DNA of 63,026 nucleotides, the filler included, from an uncultured Synergistales bacterium (lineage in GTDB: Bacteria > Synergistota > Synergistia > Synergistales > Aminobacteriaceae): NCBI GenBank assembly GCA_937897575.1. It is 7 parts of 7 records of this genome, joined end to end, with 100 filler letters (N's around TTAATTAATTAA, not from the genome) between each part and the next. Parts side by side here need not be neighbours in the genome. Positions count along the whole stretch, not along the records: positions 55,429 to 60,878 come from CALCQG010000096.1; positions 60,979 to 63,026 come from CALCQG010000101.1; 5 more parts are not named here. One strand, given 5' to 3'. Positions within the stretch are counted from its first letter, which is position 1. Every line of letters starts with the position of its first letter. This document shows positions 60,660-63,026 of the stretch, in pieces. The position numbers were made by a program, and so were the translations under genes. The notes under the pieces are model-generated. The model was not told the origin of the DNA. It did no database searches and worked only from the letters and a program-made list of their open reading frames with translations.

Positions 60660-60878
60660 CGGAGGACCTCCAGAGGGCTCTCAGCCTGTCGCCGAGGCCG
60701 ATGAACTCGGGGAGCTGACTGCCGAAGGAGTGGGTGAAGGCCGGGTTGACCGCCACAAGGACGCCTGTGAGCCGCCGTCCGCACGTCGTGGTGATCGTTG
60801 CCTCTCTTCCTATCTCGCCGTCGGCGGCCAGAATGCCCTTGGCCCGGAGGCGGAAGGGGACCTCCCGCGTCTCCGGCG
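60649..60878 (-). CDS. ortA: 2-amino-4-oxopentanoate thiolase alpha subunit, 5' truncated (absent from ORF track)
   Basis: Translates PETREVPFRLRAKGIL...GRRLTGVLVAVNPAFTHSFG; overlaps the ortB start. Confidence 0.85.
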
Positions 60879-61030
60879 NNNNNNNNNNNNNNNNNNNNNN
60901 NNNNNNNNNNNNNNNNNNNNNNTTAATTAATTAANNNNNNNNNNNNNNNNNNNNNNNNNNNNNNNNNNNNNNNNNNNNAAGTTAATTATGAAATAAATAG
61001 AACAGCCGCTCATTTAGTCAGTATTTTCCC

Positions 61031-62374
61031 CTGGGGCTCCCCGTTCGGGGCCGTATCGCCGTGAACCTCGCCCCGGCGGACATCCCCAAGGAGGGAGCCA
61101 TCCTGGACCTCCCCATCGCTCTCGGCATCGCCCGGGCCATGGGAGCCCTGCCCGACGTCCCGCCGGCGATCTTCATGGGCGAGCTGGCCCTCGACGGACG
61201 CCTTCGGGGCGTGCGGGGCGCCGTGGGTGCGGCCCTGCTCGCGCGGAGGGAGAACGTCCCTCTCTTCGTCCCGGCGGAGAACGCCAGCGAGGTCTCCCTC
61301 GTGAGGGGGTGCAGGGCCTGGGCCGTCCGGGATTTGAGGGAGCTCTTCACGGCCCTCAAGGGGGAGGCGACCCTGCCCGCCGTGGGCGAGTACGTCCCCG
61401 AGGAGACCTCCGTCGCGCCCGACCCGGACTTCCTGGATATCCGGGGCCAGGCGGGGGCGAAGCGAGCCCTCGAGATCGCCGCGGCTGGGCACCATAACGT
61501 GCTACTCGTCGGCTCGCCGGGGAGCGGCAAGACCATGCTGGCCCGGGCCCTCAGGGGCATCCTGCCGCCCCTCTCCGACGAGGAGTTCCTCGAGTCGGCC
61601 CTGGTCCGGAGCGCGGCGGGCCTTCCCTTCGAGCGGACCATGTACCCGCCCTTCCGGTCGGTGCACCATACGGCGAGCATCGTCTCCATCTGCGGCGGCG
61701 GTGTGACTCTTCGCCCGGGGGAGGTGAGCCTCGCCCATAGGGGCGTCCTCTTCCTCGACGAGTTCGCCGAGTTCCGGCGGGATCTTCTGGAGGGCCTCCG
61801 ACAGCCCCTGGAGGACGGACAGATCACCGTGAGCCGGGCGACGGGCTCCGTGACCTACCCCTGCCGGGTCCTCCTGGCCGTGGCCGCCAACCCCTGCCGG
61901 TGCGGGTGGCTCGGCGACCCCGTGGAGCAGTGCACCTGCTCCTCGGCGGACCGCGAGCGATACCGGCGGAAGATCTCCGGCCCCATCCTCGACCGGATCG
62001 ACCTCCACGTCCCCGTGCCGCGCCTTCTTCCAGAGGAGCTCGTGGCCGTGGAGGGCATGGACGGGGAGCCGAGCGCCGCCCTCGCCTGCAGGGTGCGGCA
62101 GGCGAGGGAGCGTGCCAGAGAACGCTGGGCGAGCCTCGGGTACAGCTGCAACGCCGAGCTCCCCGAGCGGATCGTCAAGCGCCATCTGGACCTCGCCCCC
62201 GATGTCCGGCCCTTCCTCGTCTCCATGGCATCCCGCCTCCGGCTCTCGGGCCGGGGCATCAGCCGGGTGCTCAAGGTCGCCCGGACCGTCGCCGATCTGG
62301 CGGAGGCCCGCCAGGTCCAGGTCGCTCACGTGGCCGAGGCCCTGGCCTACCGTCAGGGGGGTGTCTGGGCGTGA
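61031..62374 (+). CDS. comM: ComM/YifB Mg-chelatase-like AAA+ ATPase, 5' truncated
   Basis: VNLAPAD, GELALDG, GSPGSGKT, GEVSLAHRGVLFLDE, SGPILDRID. Confidence 0.95.
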   Translation: MGLPVRGRIAVNLAPADIPKEGAILDLPIALGIARAMGALPDVPPAIFMGELALDGRLRGVRGAVGAALLARRENVPLFVPAENASEVSLVRGCRAWAVRDLRELFTALKGEATLPAVGEYVPEETSVAPDPDFLDIRGQAGAKRALEIAAAGHHNVLLVGSPGSGKTMLARALRGILPPLSDEEFLESALVRSAAGLPFERTMYPPFRSVHHTASIVSICGGGVTLRPGEVSLAHRGVLFLDEFAEFRRDLLEGLRQPLEDGQITVSRATGSVTYPCRVLLAVAANPCRCGWLGDPVEQCTCSSADRERYRRKISGPILDRIDLHVPVPRLLPEELVAVEGMDGEPSAALACRVRQARERARERWASLGYSCNAELPERIVKRHLDLAPDVRPFLVSMASRLRLSGRGISRVLKVARTVADLAEARQVQVAHVAEALAYRQGGVWA

Positions 62375-62980
62375 CGGACCTCCTGGACGTCCTCCTTCTG
62401 ATCTCCGCCTCGTCGTCCCAGCCGAGAAAACTCTGGAACGCCTTCGAGCGCCTCGGCGAGCCGCCCGAGGTGTTCCTCCGGGGCGGCTCGTCCCTCTGGG
62501 CGCGGCTCGGCTGTTCGCCGGCGTCGGTCGCCGCCATGGAGAGCCATCTGGCGGAGGAGGGCCCGAAACGCGAACGGGACCGCGCCGAGCGGGCGGGTGC
62601 CCGCCTTGTGCCCCTCGGAAGCGACGACTACCCGCCCTCCCTCCGGGGCATCCCCGACAGCCCCGTGCTGTTGTACGTCCGGGGGGCGTGGCCGCTCAGC
62701 GGCCCCGTGACGGCCGTCGTTGGGACGAGACGGTGCTCCTCCTACGGGCGGAGGGTTGCCAGCGAGATCGGCTCCGCCCTGGGAGCCCGGGACGAGGTGG
62801 TCGTGAGCGGCGGCGCAGACGGGATCGACGGGGCCGCCCACGAGGGGTGTCTCTCGGCGGGCGGGCGAACGGCGGCCGTCTTCGGGACGGGGGTGGACGT
62901 GGTCTACCCCGGAGGGCACGATGGGCTCTTCGAGAGAATTCTCGGGGCGGGCGGCGCCCTGGTGAGCGAGTACCCCATGT
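62371..62980 (+). CDS. dprA: DNA-processing protein DprA, 3' truncated (absent from ORF track)
   Basis: GTG overlaps the comM stop; YPPSL...LLYVRG, VVGTR, VVSGGADGIDGAAH, GVDVVYP, LVSEYP. Confidence 0.93.
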
Positions 62981-63026
62981 TGAAGCTCTTTGAAATTTCT
63001 TTTGTTATTCTTATGTCCCGGCATAT

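Noticed and set aside
60979..63026. AT-rich ~50-nt tails interrupting comM (5') and dprA (3'), suggesting insertions in competence genes
   Set aside because: Both lie at contig or window ends, show no terminal repeats and resemble the other chimeric ends; they cannot be told from artefact without reads, although comM is a known insertion hotspot.

Overview
The window is seven unrelated contigs joined by artificial N-TTAATTAATTAA-N linkers, so adjacency across linkers is meaningless. The host is a GC-rich anaerobe, probably Synergistota (inferred from gene content and RpoC insertions). Contig 1 (1-8842): 3' end of rpoB, rpoC, L7Ae, rpsL, rpsG, fusA and the start of tuf. Contig 2 (8943-18144): metabolic genes, then a lower-GC sugar-catabolism block whose edge carries decayed tRNA-Ala and tmRNA 3'-end scars. 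Contig 3 (18244-36059): housekeeping genes from yicC/gmk/coaBC/priA/der through tRNA-Pro, nifJ, ackA, rpmF, fapR and plsX. Contig 4 (36160-48420): right end of a prophage probably integrated in ssrA, with a two-hydrolase lysis cassette, overlapping spanin-like genes and an acr/aca-like operon. After the att site come a RosmerTA-like pair, hicB with a nonsense-inactivated hicA, a macrodomain gene and a DIP1984-family gene followed by a strongly structured putative ncRNA. Contig 5 (48521-55328): trailer end of a CRISPR array (37-nt repeats), a phosphoesterase, a 65-bp palindromic tandem repeat, a Doc toxin-antitoxin pair, AbiL/RloAB and a tyrosine recombinase. Contig 6 (55429-60878): ortAB, a TRAP transporter and a class III aminotransferase. 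Contig 7 (60979-63026): comM-dprA fragment. Best candidates for undescribed biology: the DIP1984 protein plus 3' RNA module, the candidate anti-defence operon, the beta-anchored spanin-like protein and the 65-bp palindromic array.
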